A DNA stretch of 64,000 nucleotides, taken from assembly GCA_036339735.1 (NCBI GenBank), contig JAYZAL010000038.1:32001-96000 (forward strand), read 5' to 3'. Positions 30,950-40,406 of the stretch are shown one piece after another. Position numbers and translations under genes: made by a program. This stretch comes from Candidatus Poribacteria bacterium (lineage in GTDB: Bacteria; Poribacteria; WGA-4E; UBA9662). The notes under the pieces are model-generated. The model made no database searches. It had not been told where the DNA came from and saw only the letters and a program-made list of their open reading frames with translations. Every line of letters starts with the position of its first letter. Within the stretch, counting starts at the first letter, position 1.

Positions 30950-32917
30950 CTATTCACTTGCCGTTTCAGGATCGATTGGTGTGAGGTGTTGTAAGGTAAA
31001 TCTCCCACCACCAAACCAATAAAGCGGTTGAGTAAACGGATTTTCACTAGTTGGAAAGCCAGTCCAGTAATGCTCGTCAATAGTTACGAATTTCTTAAAG
31101 CTTATGGTGACGATTGAGTACATATTCGCAAGCCACAATTTCATAAATGATTGACCCAGTTCTATCGAGCGAGGATCTTCAGGGTGGAGTTGATCTAATT
31201 CATCTATGATATGGTCCATTTGTTTTGATTTTATTCGTAAAATATTACTACTACCGTTACCGGCTGTGGATTTGCCGACCGGGGTATAAAAACGAGAGTG
31301 TAGGCCAAAAATCGCCTGCCATTTATCACCTGTTACATCTCCAGCACTGGCATTGCCCCAACTGGAAGTAGATTCGAATTCACCCATGTATTCGCGTGTG
31401 CTGTATGGATCGCGCTGTAACGTTTCTAACTCCAACTTGAGGCCAAATTCAGCCCATTGGTCTTGGGCACCAATAGCTAATCGATAAATGTCTACTTCAT
31501 CTGGAGCTACGATCATGCTGACCGTCCACAATTTACCGTCTGGTTTTAGCCATTGACCATCAGAGTTACGAGCAAAGCCATTTTTCAGTAATAACCTTTC
31601 CGCCACTTTTGGATCATGCTTCCACCAACCGGTACCAAACATTAATCTTAATTCTTTAGCGTCAGTAGGTACAGTATAGCCTTGTTTCCTAGCCCATTTA
31701 GCAATTTGTTCTGGGATGGTATCATCATATGGATGATATAACTCTCCGTCCTCAATCTCAATCTGGAATGATTTTAACCAACTTTCCATGGGATCATGAT
31801 ACAAATCCATCAGTTTGGGGGTAGCTGGCTGAGGAAGTGCTGTCACACGAGCAACACCACCGATATATTCCGTTTGTAGATCTACGATATCTAATGCTAA
31901 GGTCAAGGCCCATCGAACCTCCTTATTTTCTAGTATAGTCTCTTGACCTAAATTGAAACCAAAATACCTACAGGTCAATTCGTTTGGGTATGCCCAAGGA
32001 AAGGATTTGTACCAAGAACGAGCTTTAGGAGTCTTTCGAAGAACGGATTGAAAAGCCTCATAGTCAACATTCATAAAAAGATCTAGCTCGTGTCGGCCCA
32101 TCGCCATAGCCTTACGTTCACTACCACCGTAAAAAATACTCATAATGTAGGGAGGGCCGGATTTTCCTGTCAATATTCCCGCAGTAGTTCTTTTCCAGTC
32201 CTCGCGACGTTTAAATAACTCCCAGTATCCGGAGGGATCGGAATCAGCATATTCATAGGCTCCCAGAGAAACCAATGGATTATTAAACCTAAATGTCATT
32301 GGATCTTCAACGTTTTGCCAAATATGCTTGGGTTGCATCCATATTGCGTTATACCTAACTTCAAAATAGTAGTGAAAGCGGGGGTTGGGAATCTTTAATT
32401 CGAAGACAGCAGTATATTTATCTAATTTGTTAGCTTTCTCAACGAACAAATCTAGCTCTGTGGACCAATTCATACCCAAGTTCGATTTTAAATTGTTAAC
32501 GGTAAAAACTAAGTCTTCCGCACTAAACTCTACACCATCGCTCCAATATACACCGGGACGTAGCTTGACAGTCATTTTTCGAAAATCTTCACTGTAAATC
32601 GGAGGTTCGATTGCTAAAGCATTAATTTGTTCTCCTGTTTCTTGGTCAATATACCAGAGTGTGTCCATAATCAGACCTTGTCTGGTTGGGCTCGGTGGTC
32701 CTGGCATCCACAAATTAAAGTTCTCGACTACGCTGTAACGAAAAATTTGGTCTAGGACAAAAACTTCTTGACGTGGAATATCAATAGGAAGTTGTGATTT
32801 CGGGTTTGCTTTTGGCTTCTTGTTTTGATTGTCATTAGTGTTTCCACAGCCTAAATAAAATATGGTTGTAAAAATAAAAATTATTGTCCCGAATACAACA
32901 TTTAATCGATTATTCAC
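30950..32917 (-). CDS. Family-5 ABC transporter substrate-binding lipoprotein
   Basis: Lipobox YLGC, WSDGVEFSAEDLVFT and YWTGFPT. GTG 32917, preceded by GGAG, is preferred over the track start at 32992. Confidence 0.9.
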   Translation of the reverse strand: MNNRLNVVFGTIIFIFTTIFYLGCGNTNDNQNKKPKANPKSQLPIDIPRQEVFVLDQIFRYSVVENFNLWMPGPPSPTRQGLIMDTLWYIDQETGEQINALAIEPPIYSEDFRKMTVKLRPGVYWSDGVEFSAEDLVFTVNNLKSNLGMNWSTELDLFVEKANKLDKYTAVFELKIPNPRFHYYFEVRYNAIWMQPKHIWQNVEDPMTFRFNNPLVSLGAYEYADSDPSGYWELFKRREDWKRTTAGILTGKSGPPYIMSIFYGGSERKAMAMGRHELDLFMNVDYEAFQSVLRKTPKARSWYKSFPWAYPNELTCRYFGFNLGQETILENKEVRWALTLALDIVDLQTEYIGGVARVTALPQPATPKLMDLYHDPMESWLKSFQIEIEDGELYHPYDDTIPEQIAKWARKQGYTVPTDAKELRLMFGTGWWKHDPKVAERLLLKNGFARNSDGQWLKPDGKLWTVSMIVAPDEVDIYRLAIGAQDQWAEFGLKLELETLQRDPYSTREYMGEFESTSSWGNASAGDVTGDKWQAIFGLHSRFYTPVGKSTAGNGSSNILRIKSKQMDHIIDELDQLHPEDPRSIELGQSFMKLWLANMYSIVTISFKKFVTIDEHYWTGFPTSENPFTQPLYWFGGGRFTLQHLTPIDPETASE

Positions 32918-32982
32918 TTGGTACTCCAATCTCTCTATGATTTCATCGCTTAGTGTGAAATTACGTCTCTTCCTTATATTAA

Positions 32983-33008
32983 TATGACACAATCATAATT
33001 GTGTCATA
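32983..33008. promoter_or_regulatory. Perfect palindrome, putative operator for the ABC operon
   Basis: TATGACACAAT-cata-ATTGTGTCATA, about 65 nt upstream of the SBP start. Confidence 0.6.
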
Positions 33009-33405
33009 CCTAATCAAACTATCGGGACGGTATCAGGTTTGAACATCCCTACAGATTACTTACCTGTAATCTCTTTTAGGCAATTAGATATAAATCTTTT
33101 ATAATCAAACAACAACCGATTTCAGTATGATGTTTGTCACTGATAAAGCAAATCAAGTAACATACAATAGAGTAATCAGTTACTCTTGAATAAGGAATTC
33201 TCTTTCTGCAGATGAAATGTAATCTTTATTCAATTTAGCTCTGAGTACTTTGTTGGTAACAAACTGGCCTATGCAAGCTTAACCTCAGTATCCTATTACA
33301 ATAAAGCGAATTATACAAGGGAGCAAATATTAAAAAGCAGCGTTGACGCACTCAAAAAAACGGCGTACAATCACCGGAACCAATAGTTCAAGAATAGGTT
33401 TATTT

Positions 33406-34284
33406 GTGCAAAAAGAAAAAGTACTTAGCGAAGAGCAACTGTGTTTCTGGGAAGAAAATGGATATGTAGTGGTAAAGAATGCAGTTCCAGAAGAAAATTT
33501 AACTGCTGTAATTGAAGCCATCTGGTCTTTCTTGGAAATTGATCCCAGTGATCAAGAAAATTGGTACGCCAAAACGCCACGTAGTTCGCAATATCCGGAT
33601 TCTCCTATTTCTCAAGCTGGAATGGTCGAAATTTACCAGCACCAGTCGCTCTGGGACAATCGCCAATACCCACGTATTCATCAAGCTTTCGCTCAGATTT
33701 GGCAAACTGAAAAACTCTGGGTTTCACTAGATCGTGCTAACATGAAACCACCTACTCGTTCACAAAATCCAGAATGGAACAATTACGGTATGATACATTG
33801 GGATGTCGATACCTCTCAGAAACCAATTCCGTTTGGTGTGCAGGGCGTTCTTTACTTGACTGATACAGCCGAAAATCAAGGTGGATTTCAGTGCGTTCCC
33901 GGATTTCATCATACTTTCTATGATTGGGTCAAGAGTCAACCAGTTGACCGTAACCCAAGAGTTCCTGACCTGAATGGATTGGATGTCAAATCAATTGCAG
34001 GACAAGCTGGTGATTTGCTAATTTGGCATCGTTTACTAGCCCACGGTAACGGTCATAATACAGCGACGCAACCACGTTTAGCACAATACATTACTATGTC
34101 ACCGATTAATAAAAATACACCTTTGTTCCAACAAAGGTGTGTAGAGCGTATTGAAGCCTGGCGTCAGCGTCGACCGACCTCAGGTTGGCCAGGAGACCCT
34201 AGAGATTGGGAGCACCACAATTGTCAAACGGCTCAATTAACTTCCTTAGGACGAAAGTTGTTAGGGGTAGATATATGGGAATAA
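33406..34284 (+). CDS. PhyH-family Fe(II)/2OG dioxygenase (HWD)
   Basis: ENGYVVVK, IHWD, GGFQCVPGFH and LAHGNG..PR motifs. The start may be 33343 or 33406. Confidence 0.85.
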   Translation: MQKEKVLSEEQLCFWEENGYVVVKNAVPEENLTAVIEAIWSFLEIDPSDQENWYAKTPRSSQYPDSPISQAGMVEIYQHQSLWDNRQYPRIHQAFAQIWQTEKLWVSLDRANMKPPTRSQNPEWNNYGMIHWDVDTSQKPIPFGVQGVLYLTDTAENQGGFQCVPGFHHTFYDWVKSQPVDRNPRVPDLNGLDVKSIAGQAGDLLIWHRLLAHGNGHNTATQPRLAQYITMSPINKNTPLFQQRCVERIEAWRQRRPTSGWPGDPRDWEHHNCQTAQLTSLGRKLLGVDIWE

Positions 34285-34507
34285 ATAAGATAAATTTTCT
34301 AAATATTTCATCAGGTCTCCTAAGAAGTCGAAAGGTAATACCTGTTTATTCATTGAGTATTTTAAATATTTGTCTAGATTGAGCCCCAGAGACCTGCATC
34401 TAGCAAGTCAATTTTGCGAAGATCCTGATACTAGGAATAAATAAAATTGTACCAAATGTGTTTGCCTGCCTGACCGTGACAATGTTTATAAATTGAGAGT
34501 AAGAGAC

Positions 34508-35296
34508 ATGAAAAATCGAATTTGTCAGTTAGTGATCATTAATATTCTTTTGTTACCTTTCTGTTTGAGTTTCTCGGCGGTAATTGATTTGGGTACGGTA
34601 GAAGTATCATATCTTTTTGAAGAAGGAAGAGGTAAGTTAGCAAAGGATGCATCTCCTAACAAGAGAAATGGCTCCTTGGAAGGTGGTGTTAAGTACGGAC
34701 CTGGAAAGTTTGGACAAGGTTTGATTTACGATGGCAAGGACGATAACTTGATAGTCAGAAATTATCACGGTATTAGTGGGAAAAATCCGAGAACCATTTT
34801 GTATTGGTTCAAGAGTGCTAGTACACGAGAACATTCTTGGGTTAAGTGGGGAGTAGTCGAACCAACCAGAAAGTATTATGTGAGGGCCCATGTGGCTGGT
34901 GCAATATGCTGGCTTCGAGTAGAAAACGCCGGTGGCAATAATTGGGGGGGAGATGACGTTTGCGACGGCAACTGGCATCACCATGCTATTGTTTTTCCCA
35001 AAGGATCTAAAGACGTTCAAGACCACCAAATCTACGTTGATGGAAAATTAAATGGGAAGAACGGCGCAGCTAATCCTATGGATACCGATGGTGAAGGGCA
35101 GGAAGTTGTAATGGGCGATTTTTTGGCGCACCATGCTTTCATGCATGGCTCATTCGATGAAGTTGCCATCTTTAGCATTGCACTAACGAAAAAGCAGATT
35201 GAATTGGTTATGAACAACGGACTAGCATCGGTTTTAGCCATCGATCACAAGGATAAACTTTCCACTAACTGGGGCTTGATTAAGTCTACTTATTAA
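34508..35296 (+). CDS. Secreted LamG-like domain protein with C-terminal KLSTNWGLIK motif
   Basis: Signal peptide. YLFEEG.G, GKFGQGL.YDG, DGNWHH, IYVDG and FDEVAIFS.AL motifs. Confidence 0.85.
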   Translation: MKNRICQLVIINILLLPFCLSFSAVIDLGTVEVSYLFEEGRGKLAKDASPNKRNGSLEGGVKYGPGKFGQGLIYDGKDDNLIVRNYHGISGKNPRTILYWFKSASTREHSWVKWGVVEPTRKYYVRAHVAGAICWLRVENAGGNNWGGDDVCDGNWHHHAIVFPKGSKDVQDHQIYVDGKLNGKNGAANPMDTDGEGQEVVMGDFLAHHAFMHGSFDEVAIFSIALTKKQIELVMNNGLASVLAIDHKDKLSTNWGLIKSTY

Positions 35297-35407
35297 ATTT
35301 TTTGGATCGCAATACAGCGAAAAATGAATCGAGGCGCTAAAGCTTTCTCTTTATTTGTTAATACAAGAATAAAAACGTTCAATTGGAAATAAGTTAGATG
35401 GTTTAGC

Positions 35408-37015
35408 TTATTCTAGTTGTTGATCTAGTTTATTTAAATCCGTATTTCTTAAGCTAAGATTGGCTTTATATTGATAATAAGTGTTGAGTACTTTTCCAAC
35501 GTAACGCTCGGTCTCACGAATCAGAGGGATATCATGTTTGACCCGTCCAGGTCCAGCATTGTAGGCCGCTAACGCTAAGGCGTAATTACCATCATACCGA
35601 TTTAGCATTTGGCGTAAGTACTTCGCACTGGCCTCTAGATTTCTTCTAGCATCGAACCGTTGATCTACTTTAGGGTCAATGGTTGGGGATAAAGGATCGT
35701 TGTACTCAGGCACTATCAAACCAAGATCTCTTGCTGTGGGTGCCATTAGTTGTCCCAACCCGACCGCACCACTTTTGGAAATGGCACTTGGTTGAAAGCT
35801 CGATTCCATTTTAATTAGAGCCATCAGATATTCTACTGGGATTTGGAACTCCGTTGCTATCCGTTCTGTCCTAGATGAAGTTTGTGTGAGCATTACCTCA
35901 TTTTGGGTTAACTCATCGTTTTTTTTGTCATTTCGAGGTGCAAGCCGATCGGTGTTTGATATCCGAAACTCTCTCTTGTTTGTTGATTTTTCTGTTTTTG
36001 TGATTACATTCCGATGTATGAACTGGCCTATGGCGAAATTGAGCGACAGATAATGCCTAAAGTCTTGTTCGTCATACTGATAGGCATAATGTAAGGCTGT
36101 ATCGAATTGTTCGATTGAAGCACCAATTCTCCAACTTAAACGAGGTTGAGGTGTAATCGATGTTCCCAATAATTGTAGAGCAAATCCGCTTCTGATCCAT
36201 AAACCATACTGGCCAATCTCAGCACCTAAGCGGCATTGCCAATCGTTAGCGATATTGGTACGGATATCTAAACCACTCCTAATATTCACTTGCAATCCAT
36301 CTTTGGGTTGGCGCGTATACCAAAAGGTATCAATTTGGAGATTACTACTCCCATCAACGGACTGACCAACTCTTAGTGGTACCTGACTATCAATCAATAG
36401 TTCGTTCTTAACATTAGGATTATCGTATACTGAACTGAGGCCAAGATAATGATAAACCAACCCTACCGATACTTTAGGATTGGGTCGTAAAATCAATCCA
36501 ATATCGTAAGGATAGACAAAGGAACGTGCAATGGATCGGTCAGGTTTTAGATGAAGGTGTTGGCGAATGCCGAAATTAGCGCCGATTTGAACTTTGGCCC
36601 CTACAGATCGGGCTATTGTCAACATAAGTTGATTATCGCCCCACATCTGCATACCGATAGGATTCTTACGACTAGAAGAAAAAAAACGGTCATAAGCCAA
36701 TAAATCTGTTAGCCCAATACCCACTGTGGCAAGAGAAAATGGTCTCTGGCCTTCAATTTGTATAGGAGATGTAAAAGCAAGTGCAGTTTGAGAGAAATCA
36801 TAACTAAAATCGGACTGGCCCAGTAAAGCTACAGTAGCAGGATTGTTAAATAGGCCACTGGCTCCGTATGAGCTACTAGCTAATTGTCCACCTAAACCAA
36901 TTGAACGCGCATCTAACGAGACTTCAGCTGATACTTGACCGAATAGAAGTATACAACAGGCAGTAATGACAAGGAAAATGCTCGTCAAATAGTTTTCATT
37001 TTGGTTTGGTCTCAT
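35408..37015 (-). CDS. Outer-membrane beta-barrel (FadL/PorV-like N-terminus) fused to a lytic transglycosylase (SLT) domain
   Basis: N-terminal DARSIGLGG...GLFNNPA.VA followed by amphipathic strands ending HYLSLNF. C-terminal SLT motifs IKMESSF, SGAVGLGQLM, ALAAYNAGPG and ETERYV. Confidence 0.75.
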   Translation of the reverse strand: MRPNQNENYLTSIFLVITACCILLFGQVSAEVSLDARSIGLGGQLASSSYGASGLFNNPATVALLGQSDFSYDFSQTALAFTSPIQIEGQRPFSLATVGIGLTDLLAYDRFFSSSRKNPIGMQMWGDNQLMLTIARSVGAKVQIGANFGIRQHLHLKPDRSIARSFVYPYDIGLILRPNPKVSVGLVYHYLGLSSVYDNPNVKNELLIDSQVPLRVGQSVDGSSNLQIDTFWYTRQPKDGLQVNIRSGLDIRTNIANDWQCRLGAEIGQYGLWIRSGFALQLLGTSITPQPRLSWRIGASIEQFDTALHYAYQYDEQDFRHYLSLNFAIGQFIHRNVITKTEKSTNKREFRISNTDRLAPRNDKKNDELTQNEVMLTQTSSRTERIATEFQIPVEYLMALIKMESSFQPSAISKSGAVGLGQLMAPTARDLGLIVPEYNDPLSPTIDPKVDQRFDARRNLEASAKYLRQMLNRYDGNYALALAAYNAGPGRVKHDIPLIRETERYVGKVLNTYYQYKANLSLRNTDLNKLDQQLE

Positions 37016-37041
37016 CCTAATTCTCTGGTAGTCTAAATAAT

Positions 37042-37902
37042 TTAGGAACCCAGTTTTATATAACGACGTGGGTCGACGCTCTTATTGTAACGCCGAATTT
37101 CAAAATGCAAATGTGGACCTGTAGAATAACCACTATTACCCGTTAGTGCTAGAACATGTCCTTTTTTGACCTTTTGCCCAACTTTTACGTAGATAATTGA
37201 AAGATGTCCGTAGGCCGTTTTATAGCCACCTGAATGTTCAACAACCACAATGTTTCCATAACCCGGATCCCAACCAGCTCTTACTACTTTTCCATCTCTA
37301 CAAGCATAGGTACGGGTACCTTTTCTGGCTCGAAAGTCTATTCCATGGTGAAACTTACGCATTCGAGAAATAGGGTGCTTTCGGTAACCATACTTAGAAG
37401 TCACTACCAGAGGAATCTTCATCGGGTTACGAAAATGAATGTTAGATTGATCCGGAATCAGGATTTTTTGACCTGCTGGCAGATGGTCAGCAGATTGTAA
37501 ATTATTAGCCAAAACTAGTTTGCCTACCGTCGTTTTATGACTGACTGCGATCTCGGATACAGTATCACCTCGTCTAACTTGATACCAGAGACCGTCGGTT
37601 TTTAGAATAGGATTGGCATTAGGAATAAATATCTTTTTGTCGATATAGAGTCGTCGGTCATTACGAATCCGGTTGGCATTAATGATTGACTCTTGAGAAA
37701 CTCGATATTTTTGAGCAATATGACTAATAGTGTCACCACTACGTACTCGATACCAAGCGCCTCTACTATGAACTTGCCCTACGATTAAAAATAATATCGT
37801 AGCACACGCCAAATGCGGCCAATGTTTCGATAAGCGAAGGTTCAATATTCTAGAAAATAGATCAGGTCGGCACATATTCCACCTTATTGATACAAATAGC
37901 AA
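37042..37902 (-). CDS. LysM(x2)-M23 peptidoglycan endopeptidase
   Basis: Two LysM repeats (YRVRSGDT, YQVRRGDT), HHGIDF, YGHLS and GYSTGPHLHFE. Confidence 0.92.
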   Translation of the reverse strand: MLFVSIRWNMCRPDLFSRILNLRLSKHWPHLACATILFLIVGQVHSRGAWYRVRSGDTISHIAQKYRVSQESIINANRIRNDRRLYIDKKIFIPNANPILKTDGLWYQVRRGDTVSEIAVSHKTTVGKLVLANNLQSADHLPAGQKILIPDQSNIHFRNPMKIPLVVTSKYGYRKHPISRMRKFHHGIDFRARKGTRTYACRDGKVVRAGWDPGYGNIVVVEHSGGYKTAYGHLSIIYVKVGQKVKKGHVLALTGNSGYSTGPHLHFEIRRYNKSVDPRRYIKLGS

Positions 37903-37913
37903 CTAGCTATCAA

Positions 37914-38399
37914 TTAAACTCCAGTAACAGTCAACAAAACTGTCTTAGTTTCGGTTAAAATTTGTGTTCTAGCATCTAAACCATCATCAGAAACAGCACG
38001 CTTGATGCCAGTTACTACAACATGAATTACCTCTATGCTCTCTAGAGAATTGAGCCCTTTAGGGGCTGCCCACGAAACATTCGGAAGGTCGTTTTCTTCT
38101 CCTAGTTTCCCATATCCAGTAACATTGATCCAAGCAATTCGTACCTGTGTATTAGCCGGTGGATCAAATTTAACTGCTAGATCAATAGTCTCACCGGGTG
38201 AAATAGTAGTGTGATCGGTCTCAATTTTCACATTCAATCCACCACTAATTTCTTCTTCTTGACTGCCAACGGTATTACCTACACTACTACCACCACACCC
38301 AGACCACACTGACAACAAGAACAATAAGCACCAGATGGGTAATCTGTTCATTTCCCATTTTGTCACTTGATTACACAAAAACTGCAAATATGCGGTCAT
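37914..38399 (-). CDS. Hypothetical lipoprotein (beta-rich, Ig/PKD-like)
   Basis: Lipobox WSGC, beta-strand pattern and VSWAAP. Confidence 0.6.
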   Translation of the reverse strand: MTAYLQFLCNQVTKWEMNRLPIWCLLFLLSVWSGCGGSSVGNTVGSQEEEISGGLNVKIETDHTTISPGETIDLAVKFDPPANTQVRIAWINVTGYGKLGEENDLPNVSWAAPKGLNSLESIEVIHVVVTGIKRAVSDDGLDARTQILTETKTVLLTVTGV

Positions 38400-38428
38400 T
38401 TGCTTCCTCCAGAAGGATAAAAATTATT

Positions 38429-39127
38429 TCAAACATTGTATTGAGCTTCGTAGACCCAAATTTTTGTCGTTCGGCCTTCGAAGGTTATTGGGTATCTATA
38501 GCGAACAGTATGGAAGCCTGCATCGGCTAAGCAAGCAGGAAAGTTCTTCGCATTGGTACGACCAGGCTCGGAAAAAAATGCTCGACCACCATCTGCTAAA
38601 TGTAACTTGATAAAAGATATAATCGGTTGCCAACTGTCTGTCTCATACAGAATATCCGCCGCGAGAATAACCGAGAATTTCCTCGGCAAAAAGCAAGAAG
38701 ATGACCAGTCCATTTGAACGTAAGTCCCGTCGTAACCGTTTCTTAAAGTGTTGTATTGAGCAAACAATAAAGACTCTGATACCCAGTCAGCAAAAACGAG
38801 TCTAGCTCCCTGCTGACAGGCGATTATCCCAGCAAGACCCATGCCACATCCAAGATCCAACACTGACGCACCACTGATATTATCGTAAGTTGCCAAATGG
38901 TAAGCTAATCCTAAACTCGAGCTCCAAATTGTTGCCCAATAAGGGAATGTAGAAATCTGGTCTGTTTTGAAATTTTCCAACAGTTGAGCAGGTTCTTCGA
39001 CCACCATCATTTTAAGTCCACCTGCTGGGGTATTAATTTTTTGGTCTGCCACTTGATATTTCTGCAAAATTTTGCGTCTTAATTCACTTTTTAAATCGAT
39101 ATTGAGGTTCAAATGTTTAGCAGACAA
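38429..39127 (-). CDS. Class I SAM methyltransferase (family 16, protein-lysine type)
   Basis: FPYWATIW.SS..LA, VLDLGCGMGL and ADILYE motifs. Confidence 0.85.
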   Translation of the reverse strand: MSAKHLNLNIDLKSELRRKILQKYQVADQKINTPAGGLKMMVVEEPAQLLENFKTDQISTFPYWATIWSSSLGLAYHLATYDNISGASVLDLGCGMGLAGIIACQQGARLVFADWVSESLLFAQYNTLRNGYDGTYVQMDWSSSCFLPRKFSVILAADILYETDSWQPIISFIKLHLADGGRAFFSEPGRTNAKNFPACLADAGFHTVRYRYPITFEGRTTKIWVYEAQYNV

Positions 39128-39261
39128 CTATGGGCTCCTGAATTCTTCAGGTGAAAATATTTAGTTAATGCAATGATCCAAACGATCTGCTATAATATCA
39201 CGAACTCAAAGAGACGGGCAATAACAGGCAATACCGTCGCTGATCTTAATCAGAGGAAGGC

Positions 39262-40386
39262 ATGAACAATCAGGCTCACAATTATGTTAGTGGATTCAGT
39301 CGACCCACTATGAACCGCCAATATTGGACCCATAAAATCTGGCCTCATACAACTTGGTTAGTTTGCACTCTTTTTACATTTCTCCTAGTATCTTGTGGTG
39401 GTCAACAACAGAGTAATTCAGATGGAAATTCAAATGGAGGAGTACTGACGAAACTTCCTAAACTGATTCGAAAAGATGAAGTTTCTGGCCAGTGGGTAGT
39501 GGCAAGTAGAAAAAATGCCGAGATGGTACTAGTCCCAGCGGGTACGTTTTTAATGGGCACATCAAAGAGCATGTCTGATCGTATAGCCAGTGGGTATTCG
39601 ATGAATTTTTGGGATGAAATGCCTCAACACAAAGTTACTGTTCGGGATTTCTATATCGATCGCCACGAAGTGACTAATGAGGCCTATAATAAGTATCTGA
39701 AAGAGCAAGGTGGCACTAGCCCACGTTTTTGGAGGGACCCAAAGTTTAATCATCCTAGACAACCGATCGTTGGTGTTAGTTGGGATGATGCAACTGACTA
39801 TGCACGTTGGCTTGGCAAACGACTCCCGACCGAAGCTGAGTGGGAGAAAGCTGCTTGCTGGGATTGGGAACGGGCCGAAGAATTGAATATCCCTACGGAT
39901 GCCACGTTATGGGATGAGGCTATTTTGCGAGATGCTGTCAAGTGTGTGCAAATTTATCCTTGGGGTAATGCGGTGCTTGAAAACCGCCTTAATTTCAAGC
40001 GAACCAACGACCGACCTACTATTGTTGGTTTATATGGGCCAGGTCCAAATGATGGATCTAGTCCGTATGAAGCTTATGATATGGCTGGAAATGCCTCAGA
40101 ATGGGTAGCAGATCTCTATGATGTTGGTTACTACTCCAAAGCACCGGTCAATAACCCAACGAAAACTAGTGCTGGTAGCCGGTTTACACCTGACGGTCGA
40201 GTTACCTACACTGGTGGCATTGAACACCGAGTACATAGGGGGGGAATGTGGAATGAATGGCGGATGAAAGAGCTAGATGTCCGATCTGCTCGACGTTTGC
40301 ACGCTCCACCTGAAACTCGTTCGCCTGGAATTGGTTTTCGATGTGCAATTGACGTTGATCAAGTAAGAACAGATTTAGGATTGTAG
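39262..40386 (+). CDS. FGE-sulfatase (SUMF1)-fold lipoprotein, non-catalytic type
   Basis: Lipobox LVSC. F.MG, E.PQH, EVTN, RLPTEAEWEKA, DMAGNASEW, RGG.W and GFRC motifs. The FGE catalytic Cys pair is absent. Confidence 0.85.
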   Translation: MNNQAHNYVSGFSRPTMNRQYWTHKIWPHTTWLVCTLFTFLLVSCGGQQQSNSDGNSNGGVLTKLPKLIRKDEVSGQWVVASRKNAEMVLVPAGTFLMGTSKSMSDRIASGYSMNFWDEMPQHKVTVRDFYIDRHEVTNEAYNKYLKEQGGTSPRFWRDPKFNHPRQPIVGVSWDDATDYARWLGKRLPTEAEWEKAACWDWERAEELNIPTDATLWDEAILRDAVKCVQIYPWGNAVLENRLNFKRTNDRPTIVGLYGPGPNDGSSPYEAYDMAGNASEWVADLYDVGYYSKAPVNNPTKTSAGSRFTPDGRVTYTGGIEHRVHRGGMWNEWRMKELDVRSARRLHAPPETRSPGIGFRCAIDVDQVRTDLGL

Positions 40387-40406
40387 ATTACAAAAGACTC
40401 CGGCCC

